Shown here in pieces: positions 9,648 to 21,201 of a stretch of 64,000 nt of DNA. Within the stretch, counting starts at the first letter, position 1; each line of letters starts with the position of its first letter. The DNA is from Nitrospirota bacterium (GTDB lineage Bacteria > JACPQY01): contig JACPAV010000002.1 in assembly GCA_016180645.1 (NCBI GenBank), forward strand, positions 238,628 to 302,627, read 5' to 3'. The notes beneath the pieces are model-generated. The model was not told the DNA's origin. It was given only the letters and a program-made list of their open reading frames with translations, and did no database searches. A program made the position numbers and the translations under genes.

Positions 9648-10549
9648 GGGGCCCCCTTCATGAACTCGACGATCCGTTCAGCAAATTCTTCCCCCTTGTC
9701 CTCCTGTAGAAAATGCCCCGCCCCTTTGATCGTGGTGTGGGGCTGGCCCTTGCAGCCCGGGATCGCCATCTGAAGGAACCGGTCGGCGCCGCGCGTGATC
9801 GGATCGGAGTCGGAGAACATCGTCACAAATGGTTTTTCCCACTTCATCAGGACCTGCCATGCCTTCCGATTGGCCTCGGAGGCCGGATCGTCCGGCCGGA
9901 TCGGGACGAGCATGGGAAACTGCCTGGCCCCGGCTTTGAATCGGTCATCCGGGAACGGCGCATCGTACGCCGCGATCACGTCGGCAGGAAGATCGTTCAC
10001 GCAGCCGCCCTTCACCACTCCACCAACGTGGAAATCCGGCGTCTCCTGCGAAAAACGCTGCCAATTTCTGAAGGCATCACCCGGATCCATATCGCCCGTG
10101 GGGAGAAACGTATTTGCCGCCACCACGCGCGCAAAGCGCTCCGGGTTCTCCCCCACGAGTCGAAGGCCGATGAGACCGCCCCAATCCTGACAGACCAGCG
10201 CGATTCCGCGAAGATCGAGGGCCAGGATAACCTCGCGCATCCAGTCGACGTGACGTTCGTACGTGTAGTCGTCCCGTCGTATCGGCTTGTCCGAGCGGCC
10301 GAAGCCGACAAGATCGGGCGCCACGGCCCGATGGCCCGCCTTGACCAGAATCGGAATCATCTTTCGATAAAGATACGACCACGAAGGTTCGCCGTGGAGC
10401 ATGAGAACGGGTTGCGCGGAGGGCGGTCCTTCATCCACATAGTGGATGCGCAGTCCGCCGATTTCTGCATAGTGTGGCTGGAATGGATAGCCGGGGAGAT
10501 TCTCGAAACGGTCGTCCGGCGTTCGCATGCATTCGAGTTCCGTACTCAT
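9644..10549 (-). CDS. Haloalkane dehalogenase-family alpha/beta hydrolase
   Basis: RTPDDRFENLPGYPF, HGEPSWSYLY, QDWGG nucleophile, GHFLQED. Confidence 0.92.
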   Translation of the reverse strand: MSTELECMRTPDDRFENLPGYPFQPHYAEIGGLRIHYVDEGPPSAQPVLMLHGEPSWSYLYRKMIPILVKAGHRAVAPDLVGFGRSDKPIRRDDYTYERHVDWMREVILALDLRGIALVCQDWGGLIGLRLVGENPERFARVVAANTFLPTGDMDPGDAFRNWQRFSQETPDFHVGGVVKGGCVNDLPADVIAAYDAPFPDDRFKAGARQFPMLVPIRPDDPASEANRKAWQVLMKWEKPFVTMFSDSDPITRGADRFLQMAIPGCKGQPHTTIKGAGHFLQEDKGEEFAERIVEFMKGAP

Positions 10550-11226
10550 GCTGCGGATAATTCTGCCGGAAGCGGGGTCCCGGCCCGCCCGGGCTTCACG
10601 AGAGCGTCTCGCCAGAGGGCGGAGAGATTTTCGACCAGACGCAGTTTCTCCATCTTTGGATCATCGCTCCACTGCTGGGCGACGAGGGCGAGCGAGCCGA
10701 CCATGGCCCAGGCCGCCGTTTCGAGGGACTCGGCATCGTCCGTTCGGAGCACGTGGAGGGCTTGGGCGATTCGGAGGCGATCCCGCGTGTCGTCGACGAA
10801 TGCCTGAAACACGTTCCTGAAGGTCCCGGAGAAATCCGGATCGGCCATCCATCCTTCGCGGAAGATGAGGGCGAACGCCGCCCGATTCGATTCCACAAAA
10901 TCAAAGAAGGCTTCGAAAGACAACCGGATTCCTTCCTCCGGCGTGGTGGCGCTCTTGAATCGATCGTCGATCTGGGACCGAAGTTCCGTCAAATAGCGGC
11001 GGAGGAGTTTCCGGAAAACCTCGCGCTTGTCCTTGAAATGGAGATAAAACGTCCCGAGGGCGCAGCCCGCGCGCCGCGTGATATCGCGGATCTGGAGGTT
11101 CCGGTATCCCCGGCGGAGGCATTCTTCCATGGCCGCGCGTTCGATGTCCTCCCGCGTCCGCCCGGCCTGCCTCTCGCGGAGTCTCGATGCCCTTCCGGCC
11201 CTCCCGTTCGATCGATGTGAACGCAT
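10546..11226 (-). CDS. TetR/AcrR family regulator
   Basis: IRDITRRAGCALGTFYLHFKDK HTH. Confidence 0.92.
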   Translation of the reverse strand: MRSHRSNGRAGRASRLRERQAGRTREDIERAAMEECLRRGYRNLQIRDITRRAGCALGTFYLHFKDKREVFRKLLRRYLTELRSQIDDRFKSATTPEEGIRLSFEAFFDFVESNRAAFALIFREGWMADPDFSGTFRNVFQAFVDDTRDRLRIAQALHVLRTDDAESLETAAWAMVGSLALVAQQWSDDPKMEKLRLVENLSALWRDALVKPGRAGTPLPAELSAA

Positions 11227-11231
11227 GTTCA
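11218..11231. promoter_or_regulatory. Candidate TetR operator TGAAC-N4-GTTCA overlapping the tetR start; second imperfect IR at ~11248-11270
   Basis: Palindrome TGAACGCATGTTCA; CCACAAAT..ATTTGTTGG next to a minus-strand TTGACA. Confidence 0.45.
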
Positions 11232-11315
11232 GTTAATGAATATCCGTCCACAAATATCAGGATTTGTTGGCTTGTCAAGTCCCTTTTTTGCATCGCGAAC
11301 CGGCGCCGGCGCGGT

Positions 11316-11344
11316 TTGCAAGTCCCCCAGCCCGCCCCTATAAT
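11316..11344 (+). promoter_or_regulatory. Sigma-70-type promoter
   Basis: TTGCAA-N17-TATAAT, 6 nt before an in-frame GTG at 11351. Confidence 0.6.
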
Positions 11345-11350
11345 CCGCCT

Positions 11351-12052
11351 GTGCCTGAGCAGACCTCGTTCATGAAGAAAGAGGTGTACTGTCCCATCTG
11401 CGTCTTCAAGATTCCCGTTCTGAAACCGAAGGTGGGATCCGCGGTCCCCGTCAAGCGCGAGTCGGACTTCCACTCCATTTGCACGGGGGTTAATCCACTG
11501 CTCTATGAGGTGGCCGTCTGTCCCAAGTGCTCCTACGCGGCCTACGAACCGGAGCTCCGCCAGATCAAGCCCGAGGAAGTCCGGAAGGTTCAACAGGTGA
11601 AAGAGCCGATTCCGGATGCGGTGAAGCAGATGAAATTCGCGGAGGAACGGGACATCCCCACGGCCATCGCCGCGTACCATCTCGCCATCAGGCAGTACGG
11701 CGCCCGCCCCAAGCAAGATGAGACGCTGGCTTCCATCTTTCTCCGGATTGCCTGGCTCTATAGGGAATCGAACCAAGCCGAAAAGGAAACCCCGATGCTC
11801 CTCAAGGCGGCGGAGTACTACGAGAAGTCGTTCACCTCGCAGCGGACATGGAAATCCACCCTGGGGGAGGCAGGGCTCTTGTACCTTGTGGGTGAGCTCT
11901 ATCGAAGGGCAGGCGACCGGGAGAAGGCCGTATTCTGGTTAAGTAAGTGCATTTCGCATCCGAATACCAAACTTAGAAAAGATCTCGACACTCTAGCCCG
12001 GGATGCGTGGATGGACCTCAAGAAAGAGGCACATCCGGCCCCTAAATCGTAG
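11351..12052 (+). CDS. DUF2225-like protein (Zn-binding CxxC pairs plus TPR)
   Basis: CPIC...VNPLLYEVAVCPKCSYAA, LRIAWLYR, YLVGELYRR; alternative ATG at 11372. Confidence 0.8.
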   Translation: MPEQTSFMKKEVYCPICVFKIPVLKPKVGSAVPVKRESDFHSICTGVNPLLYEVAVCPKCSYAAYEPELRQIKPEEVRKVQQVKEPIPDAVKQMKFAEERDIPTAIAAYHLAIRQYGARPKQDETLASIFLRIAWLYRESNQAEKETPMLLKAAEYYEKSFTSQRTWKSTLGEAGLLYLVGELYRRAGDREKAVFWLSKCISHPNTKLRKDLDTLARDAWMDLKKEAHPAPKS

Positions 12053-12217
12053 TCCCAGGCCCTTTTTTCCGAAACCCCAGCACGTAAGTCCGGTCACAGT
12101 TCAACCCATTATAATTACTTGTATTTCCAAGGGCTTCTAAACTTGCAGCGATGGACGTGCCAGGAATAGGACAGACGTCCTATTGATGACGCACCACTTC
12201 TCCGGTATTCTTCCAAA

Positions 12218-13825
12218 ATGCTCGATCTACTCGTCAAGCTCCGGGCCGTCAGGCGGCTTCGCGAGATTATTCGGTCGTGGTGGGGGATCGAATTGATGTT
12301 CGTGGATTTGGAGGGAAACGTGAGGGGGTTTTCCCCCGGTGAGCGATTCCCGGCACCGACGCCTGTGTGCGGTCCGATCCTGGATTCTCCACCAGGGTTT
12401 CTGCGTTGCATCAGCGCCCTGAAACAGGGGCATCTGAGCGCGCTTCAGATGTCGCTCGATTCGCGATCCGACTTCCCCACGAAACGATTCTTCGAGGGCC
12501 GATGCCACGCGGGGTTCGCCCACCTCGCGCTCCCCATCCGCGTCGAAGGCGCGCCCATCGGATTCATACTGTGCGACGGAATCGTTTCCAAACCCCTGGG
12601 TGAGGTAGACTCCGACAAACTCCGCTCGCTCGAAACGGATCTCCATCTTTCCGAAGGCACGCTGACGCGGGCCGCCGCCGACATCCGGGGGACGTCGGCG
12701 GACAGTCTGGAAAAGCTGAAGGATCTCCTGTCGATGATTTTCGAGGAGGCCGCGAGCTACCTGCGCGAGATCCGGGAGCGCGATGAGCGGATCTCCGAGC
12801 TATCCGATGAGCTTAAGGACACCTACCACTATCACGATCTTATTGGGAAGAGCGCATCCATGCGCCAGGTTTTCTCCATGATCAAGAAAGTAGTTGAAAC
12901 CGATGTGACGGTCCTGATCCAGGGCGAGAACGGCACCGGCAAGGAACTCGTCGCTCGCGCCCTGCACTATCAGGGATCGAGAAGTCACAAGCCGTACATC
13001 GCGCAGAACTGCGCCGCCATCCACGAGAATCTTCTGGAGTCCGAACTCTTCGGCCACCTGCGGGGCGCTTTCACGGGAGCGGTGCGTGACAAGCGAGGGC
13101 TCCTGGATGTGGCCGATGGGGGGACGTTCTTCCTGGACGAAATCGGGGAGATGCCTCCGGCTCTCCAGACCAAGCTGCTCCGATTCTTGCAGGAGGGCAC
13201 CTTCATCCCGCTGGGTGGCACTTCCGAGAAAAAAGTAGACGTGCGGATTATCGCCGCAACGAACCGGGATCTCGCCTCGCTCGTGCAGCAAGGAAAGTTC
13301 AGACAAGACCTCTACTACCGCATCCAAGTGATTACGATCCAACTGCCGCCCCTGCGCGAACGAACGGAGGACATTCCCGTTCTCGTCGAACATTTCCTTG
13401 GGAAGCAGGCCGCCAAGGGCCGGAGCAAGACGCTCTCGCCCGAAACGCTCCATCGCCTCCTCAATTACTCGTGGCCCGGCAACGTTCGGGAACTGGAGCA
13501 CGAAATCGAGCGGCTGGCCGTGCTGTCCGGAGGGGAATCCACGATCGGCCCCGATTTGCTCTCACCCAAGATCAAGGATGGCGGAAGCGAATCGACGGAT
13601 TCAAAAGGCTGGGGATCGCTCCATCGGGCCATTCACAGTCTGGCGCAACAGCCTTGGCATCGCGCCAAGGAACGCTGGGTGGGGCTGTTCGGTCGACCTT
13701 ATCTGGAGGAAGTCCTGCGTTCCGTGGACGGCAACGTCAGCAAAGCCGCCAAGATTTCCGGCCTCCCCCGTTCCACCTTCTACCGCCTCCTCCACCGCCA
13801 CGGCCTGATGGCCAAACCGCACTGA
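12218..13825 (+). CDS. Sigma-54-dependent transcriptional activator with PocR-like sensor domain
   Basis: CHAG in N-domain; GENGTGKE, ESELFGH, GAFTGA, FLDEIGE, WPGNVRELE, Fis-type HTH. Confidence 0.92.
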   Translation: MLDLLVKLRAVRRLREIIRSWWGIELMFVDLEGNVRGFSPGERFPAPTPVCGPILDSPPGFLRCISALKQGHLSALQMSLDSRSDFPTKRFFEGRCHAGFAHLALPIRVEGAPIGFILCDGIVSKPLGEVDSDKLRSLETDLHLSEGTLTRAAADIRGTSADSLEKLKDLLSMIFEEAASYLREIRERDERISELSDELKDTYHYHDLIGKSASMRQVFSMIKKVVETDVTVLIQGENGTGKELVARALHYQGSRSHKPYIAQNCAAIHENLLESELFGHLRGAFTGAVRDKRGLLDVADGGTFFLDEIGEMPPALQTKLLRFLQEGTFIPLGGTSEKKVDVRIIAATNRDLASLVQQGKFRQDLYYRIQVITIQLPPLRERTEDIPVLVEHFLGKQAAKGRSKTLSPETLHRLLNYSWPGNVRELEHEIERLAVLSGGESTIGPDLLSPKIKDGGSESTDSKGWGSLHRAIHSLAQQPWHRAKERWVGLFGRPYLEEVLRSVDGNVSKAAKISGLPRSTFYRLLHRHGLMAKPH

Positions 13826-14197
13826 GAAGCAAGCATCACGGCTCCCCTCGCGGCAGGCGATTCTCGCCCGGCACGCTACCATCGCCAATGCAGCCAGATC
13901 CTCCCGATGGCGGGACAGCAAATGTCGCTAGCCGATACCCGGCAAGGAGTACCAAGAGTCATGATACCCCGCCGCAAGCCATCACGCTCCGTAAGGGTCC
14001 GAACGAAATCCTTGCATTACGATGGTTGGCCCCTCATCCCGAAGGGTCGGCTGTGGAATGGTCAAGAGATGAAATATACGATGTACAGAGTTGACCCCTA
14101 CCCGACCCCTACCCCCCTACCCCCCCGATAGGGGAGAAACTGTAGATTGAAGCCTGGCACCCGGATCCCCATCAAAAGTCCTATCTTCCAGTAGCGG

Positions 14198-15067
14198 CTA
14201 TCGATCATGGCCATTCGAATCTTTCTTTATTTTTCGGCGCAACATGACGCTGATTTGTCCCGGCACTGGACCCAACGACCTGTGAGGAATACCGAAATAT
14301 ACCTGCACATAGTCGTCACCCCTTTCAAGTGGGATGAACCAATAACACTGAACCTCGACCGTCCATCTATAAACCATGTCGCACAACTCGCCGGACGATG
14401 GTGGACCAAGAGCAGCCGATAGTTTCTTGATGGTCACCTGGTACTGCGATTCGGAATAGTCTACAAGGTTCATGGTGACTTTGTGGAATCCCTTCAAGAA
14501 CCCTTCGTAGCCGAATCCGAATGCCGCCAGTCGTTTCTCTGGCGACCTGCCTGCTGGCCAGTTTGCCCATACCACCTGTTTCTTGTCATTCTTCACAAGT
14601 TCCCAGCCGGAGCCCACTGGGTCAGGCAGCGACCTCGTCACGGTTTCCACATTTGCCCCCCAAGGGATTCCACCCCACCCGTGCTTCACTGATTCCTTCG
14701 ATGTAATTGCATCAAGCCACATTGCAGGTGAGCTAATCCGAGACTCTCTGACGCCCTGCCGTTGGGTCTTCTTGCCCCTCTTCGGGGCTCCAACCAGTTC
14801 AATCTCGTCTCCATGAACCCAACCAGGGGCTTGACCATCGGACAGATCGTCATCGATCAAGAACCAGGGTCCAGCCTGTTCCAAGATGGTTATGTTGGCG
14901 TCCTTCCGGAGGGTTCGGAACAAGCGTGCGTCTTCCCGAAGCGCCTGCTTCAGAGCCACGTGTCTTTTTGTGACCCAGGTCCCCTCGCCTCCCTGCGAAC
15001 TGTGGGCAAGTAAACAAATTACGACCACACTGAATAATATGGCCTTCATCCTTCTCCCCTTTCTCAT
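14198..15067 (-). CDS. Hypothetical exported protein with SH3b-like N-domain
   Basis: Signal peptide; ITILEQAGPWFLI...GWVH; GIPWGA motif; lower GC than flanks. Confidence 0.6.
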   Translation of the reverse strand: MRKGRRMKAILFSVVVICLLAHSSQGGEGTWVTKRHVALKQALREDARLFRTLRKDANITILEQAGPWFLIDDDLSDGQAPGWVHGDEIELVGAPKRGKKTQRQGVRESRISSPAMWLDAITSKESVKHGWGGIPWGANVETVTRSLPDPVGSGWELVKNDKKQVVWANWPAGRSPEKRLAAFGFGYEGFLKGFHKVTMNLVDYSESQYQVTIKKLSAALGPPSSGELCDMVYRWTVEVQCYWFIPLERGDDYVQVYFGIPHRSLGPVPGQISVMLRRKIKKDSNGHDR

Positions 15068-15589
15068 TCAGGACCTAACGGACCGCTTCTCAACGGTGAG
15101 GGGCCATGCCACTAGACTGCGGTAGTTCGCGGGCTGGAGCAACACCACGGCCTTTTCTGACAGGAAGCTCGGAGAGCGGCGGCGCGACGTCAACCAACGG
15201 CGAAGAGCTGTGACCGGCGTATCTTCAGTAAGGCATGGAATGGAACGACCGATCAGATCAACGCGCCGCCCGATGTACTTTGGCCGGTTGGATGAGCGGC
15301 CGAATTTTGGATTTCCGAAATCACGATCCACGACACGCCGAGATGGAAAGCTGAAGTTCGGGTGAGCGCGATAGAACGTCCAGACGTCGAAGTCATTGAT
15401 TCCGTTTCGACGGTTCACAAAGTGAAGAGCCGCGCCCTGGCAAAGCGCGGTACACAGCACGAGGCCTGACAGCGCGGCGAGATTCGGTCTGCGGGCGAAA
15501 AGTTCGGACCGGTCGGCTTCAGCAATTGCCGCGAGCCGCTCAAGGTCGGTGCGGTCGATCGGTAGAAAAGATTTCTCTCCGTGGTCCAT
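15068..15589 (-). CDS. Hypothetical protein with Pol-beta nucleotidyltransferase-like signature
   Basis: LCQGAALH...GINDFDVWTF (G..DxD) and RRVDLIG. Confidence 0.6.
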   Translation of the reverse strand: MDHGEKSFLPIDRTDLERLAAIAEADRSELFARRPNLAALSGLVLCTALCQGAALHFVNRRNGINDFDVWTFYRAHPNFSFPSRRVVDRDFGNPKFGRSSNRPKYIGRRVDLIGRSIPCLTEDTPVTALRRWLTSRRRSPSFLSEKAVVLLQPANYRSLVAWPLTVEKRSVRS

Positions 15590-15713
15590 GGCGCGGTCCA
15601 ACGCTTCCGACCAGGGGGTCAGAGGGCATTAGCATAGAAGATAACTTGCTGGGAGGAGACTTTCGGCCTTGGTGGTCCGGTTTCTTGTTCTCGCGCATCC
15701 CGGCCGGCGGAAT

Positions 15714-15926
15714 TCAGGCGGCCTTCGCAATGATCGACCTGACTTCGAAGGGGAGGTCGATGGAGCGCCGACGCTGTTTCATGAAGTTGAATACGGCCAC
15801 ACCGAGAAGCCGACCTTTCGCGTCCACTCTCTGATAGATATCCGGGCGGATTCGGCGAGAATAGCCCTTCGCCTTTCGGAACGTGATCTCAAGGAAGTCA
15901 CCCTCAGCATCGTATCGGACTCTCAT
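15714..15926 (-). CDS. DUF2283-like small protein (putative antitoxin)
   Basis: MRVRYDAEGDFLEITF...DAKGRLLGV; ATGA overlap with upstream gene. Confidence 0.75.
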   Translation of the reverse strand: MRVRYDAEGDFLEITFRKAKGYSRRIRPDIYQRVDAKGRLLGVAVFNFMKQRRRSIDLPFEVRSIIAKAA

Positions 15927-16228
15927 CTCTCAAACACAATCTTACCGCCTTCCTGCTTGTTCGTAAAGAATGCGGTGATGACGAATGGATCCTCGGAAAC
16001 CTTTACGGCCACGAGGAGGGATTTCCTGGTCACGGGCGTCCGATCGAACTTATGGAAGTAAAGATGCACAGATGGATCATTTTCGCTCTCCCGAACCACA
16101 TCGGGCTCTCGGAGCGATATTTCGATCTTGTCGAACTGGTCGCCCATTTCCGGATGCTCAAGAATGTGCTGCTCCCTCTCCTCCGGGAGACGAATCGCCC
16201 AACCCTCATGATTCGTGAAAGTCCGCAC
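15923..16228 (-). CDS. Putative RelE/BECR-like ribonuclease toxin
   Basis: ERxxHIxxHPEM...PDVV...FVITAF pattern, paired with the DUF2283-like gene. Confidence 0.65.
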   Translation of the reverse strand: MRTFTNHEGWAIRLPEEREQHILEHPEMGDQFDKIEISLREPDVVRESENDPSVHLYFHKFDRTPVTRKSLLVAVKVSEDPFVITAFFTNKQEGGKIVFER

Positions 16229-16505
16229 GCGAGACGCTTATCATGCCCGCGTAGGATTTACGACCAGCGGATTGGGGGCGTATTCTGAAGCAAGTTGTAA
16301 TTCGAGGGCTTCCGGGCTTGGGGACCGCGCTTCCAGCCTTTGCGGAGTTCACGGCTTCCGACAGGCACACGCACAGTGTGTCCGTCGGTCCGTTCCATGC
16401 CAGGTCCGATCGGTCGATCTGGGAAAAGGGGGCTCCTGTTCGACACGCGGATGCGCCCTCCGGCTGCAAAGAGCTTGGGCTGAAGCGGGCCGAGCCCGGT
16501 CGATA

Positions 16506-16534
16506 TTGACCTCGGTATGTATGGCTGTTAGTAT
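16506..16534 (+). promoter_or_regulatory. vapBC promoter (probably leaderless) with GTATG direct repeats
   Basis: TTGACC-N17-TAGTAT, ATG 6 nt downstream; four GTATG copies in 16515-16543. Confidence 0.6.
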
Positions 16535-16540
16535 GGCGGT

Positions 16541-16750
16541 ATGAACAATGTGAGGCGAGTCACCGCAAATCTACCCGCCGAGCTTCTCTCGGAAGCGCAG
16601 GAGGTCACGAAGAAGGGCATCACTGAAACGCTGGTCCACGGGCTCAAGCTTGTTCGAAGGTCGCGCGCCTATGAGAAGGCCATGGCCTTGAAGGGCAAGA
16701 TTCATTTGGATTTGAACATCGACGAGCTGCGTGGACGCCCTCGTCGTTGA
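16541..16750 (+). CDS. vapB: VapB-like antitoxin
   Basis: 69 aa, RVTANLPAELL ribbon-helix-helix-like; overlaps PIN gene. Confidence 0.75.
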   Translation: MNNVRRVTANLPAELLSEAQEVTKKGITETLVHGLKLVRRSRAYEKAMALKGKIHLDLNIDELRGRPRR

Positions 16751-17123
16751 CACCAGCGTCTGGATCGAGTTCTTCAAGGGCCGCACTTTTACCGCGTTGG
16801 AGACGGCCTTGGCAGAAAGCCGCGTGGTCCTCGCGCCGATCGTGGTGGCAGAGCTGCTGTCAGGCCGGTTGTCGTTGGCCAGGAGACGATCCATTGAAGA
16901 CTTCTTGATCGAACTCCCGCTACACGAAACGCCTCTGTTTCACTGGGCGAGTGTGGGCAGTCTGCGAGCCCGACTCGCGGAAAATGGCATCGCCGTGTCC
17001 GCTCCTGACGCTCACGTGGCACAATGCACATTGGAGGTAAACGGCGCTCTGCTGACGCTGGACCGAGTGTTCGATCGCGTCGCGTCGCGAACTCCTCTGA
17101 AGCTCCTCCGCGTCGCCGACTAG
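16731..17123 (+). CDS. vapC: VapC PIN-domain toxin
   Basis: VVDTSVWIEF, VVAELLSG, DAHVA, LLTLD. Confidence 0.9.
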   Translation: MDALVVDTSVWIEFFKGRTFTALETALAESRVVLAPIVVAELLSGRLSLARRRSIEDFLIELPLHETPLFHWASVGSLRARLAENGIAVSAPDAHVAQCTLEVNGALLTLDRVFDRVASRTPLKLLRVAD

Positions 17124-17248
17124 TCTTTGTTTGAAAACGCGTCTCTCCGGTAGGCGCAGGCTTCAGCCTGCGTCCGAGGACGCACCCGTAAAGGGTGCGA
17201 CTACCAAGATTTCATTCGGCAACGATGGGGTTTTCAAACAGAGCCTAG
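17120..17248. mobile_element. MITE-like element (CTAG-bounded, TIR core TGTTTGAAAAC) containing a GTAG REP doublet at 17150-17204
   Basis: CTAGtcttTGTTTGAAAAC...GTTTTCAAACAgagcCTAG; inner GTAGGCGCAGGCTTCAGCCTGCG...CGCACCCGTAAAGGGTGCGACTAC. Confidence 0.65.
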
Positions 17249-18566
17249 TAATCTACCTCCTCCCGAACACGCCACTGCCGGGAGGTCGTGGCATCAGGTC
17301 AGGAGGCTGTTCGCGTCCGGGGCGGGACCGAGGAGTGTGAGGGAAAGATTCTTCTCGGAGTAGATTTCATTCGCGGTACGGATCACGTCGTCCACTTTGA
17401 CCGCTTCAAAATTCGCTATGACTTCTTCGAGGGGGACGTGCCGTCCAAATAGAAACTCGTCCTTCGCCAGTTTCTGCATGATGTTGAAGGTGCTTTCCAT
17501 GCCGAGAAGGAGCTGGCCCTTGATCTGGGTCTTGGTTCGATCAAGATTTTCGCGGGTGAACTCTCCCTTGAGGATGCGCCCGATCTCCGCGCGGGTGACA
17601 TCCACGCACTCGCGCACTCCTTCCCGGCCCACCCCCGCATAGACGCCGACGTAACCCACCGCTCGGTAAAGCGAAGCGTAGGAGTAGATGGAATATACCA
17701 AGCCGCGCTTCTCACGAACTTCCTGGAAGAGTTGACTGCTCATCCCCCCCCCCAGATACGTGTTGAGGAGGCTCAGGGGATAGCGGCGTGGGTCTTTCTC
17801 GGCGAACGCCGGAAACGCCAAGCAGACGTGGATTTGCTCCAAATCGCGCTCGTGGGTCCGAAGGGATTTCCGGTACGGCGGAACGATCGGGACAACGGGG
17901 TCCGCCCCTCGGTCATTCATCGGGCGGTCAAATTTCTCACGCGCCATCTTCAGAACCGCATCGGCGTCCAAACGGCCCGCGGCGGACAAGATCACGCGCC
18001 TCGGCCGGTAGTACGTCTTGAAAAAGTCCACCACCTGCCCGCGCTGGATCGACCGGACCGTGCCCGCCGTGCCCGCGATGGGCATGCCGAAAGAGTTTTC
18101 TCCCCACAAGTTCTGGTGCAGGAGGTCGTGGACCAAGTCGTCCGGCGTGTCCTCCACCATCTTGATCTCTTGGAGGATGACGGCGCGCTCCTTTTCCATC
18201 TCGGTGCCGTCGAAGAGAGGGTTGTAGAAAATATCCGAAAGAATCTCCATGGCGAGAGGCAAGTCCGAGTGAAGGACGCGGATGTAGAAGCACGTGAACT
18301 CCCGGCCCGTGAAGGCATTCAGCATCCCGCCGACGCGCTCGATCTCCAAGGCAATGTCCTTTGCAGATCGCGTGGTCGTTCCCTTGAAAAGCAGATGTTC
18401 GATGAAGTGAGAAAGTCCCGCCTGCTCCTTGGGCTCGCTCGAAGAGCCGGAATCGACCCAAAGGCCGATGGAGACGGAGTGGACCTGGGGAATGTCCTGC
18501 GTCAGCACTCGGAGACCGTTGTCGAGGACGGTCTTCCGACTGCCGTTTGTTGCGGGCTTGATTCCC

Positions 18567-20855
<2,289 letters not shown>

Positions 20856-20893
20856 GTTGGCGGTACCTCCTTAAACGGGCGAGAGTCTTTTCC

Positions 20894-21163
20894 CTACTTC
20901 CGCAGGCCGAGGCGCTGAATCAACCCCTTGTAGCGGTCGGGGAAGTGCTTTTTCAGGTAGTCGAGGTGGCGGCGACGCTTGCTCACCAGCATCAGCAGAC
21001 CGCGCCGGGAACTGTGGTCCTTCTTGTGGGCATCGAAATGCTTCGTCAGCGATTCGATGCGATCCGTCAGAAGGGCCACCTGGACTTCAGGCGATCCGGT
21101 ATCCTCCTTGTGATGCTGATACGTCTTGATGACGTCGCGCTTGGTTTTCCTCTTCTCCGCCAT
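20894..21163 (-). CDS. rpsO: 30S ribosomal protein S15
   Basis: [23 protein letters not shown]. Confidence 0.99.
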   Translation of the reverse strand: MAEKRKTKRDVIKTYQHHKEDTGSPEVQVALLTDRIESLTKHFDAHKKDHSSRRGLLMLVSKRRRHLDYLKKHFPDRYKGLIQRLGLRK

Positions 21164-21201
21164 TCGTCCTCCGTTCTCTACCTTATCGGCTGGGGGAGCC
21201 T

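Noticed and set aside
13826-14197. Short ORFs or an RNA gene in this intergenic region
   Set aside because: No recognisable protein motif, SD or tRNA-like fold
16229-16500. Small ORFs between the two TA pairs
   Set aside because: Unnatural composition and no motifs; probably promoter DNA or a decayed fragment
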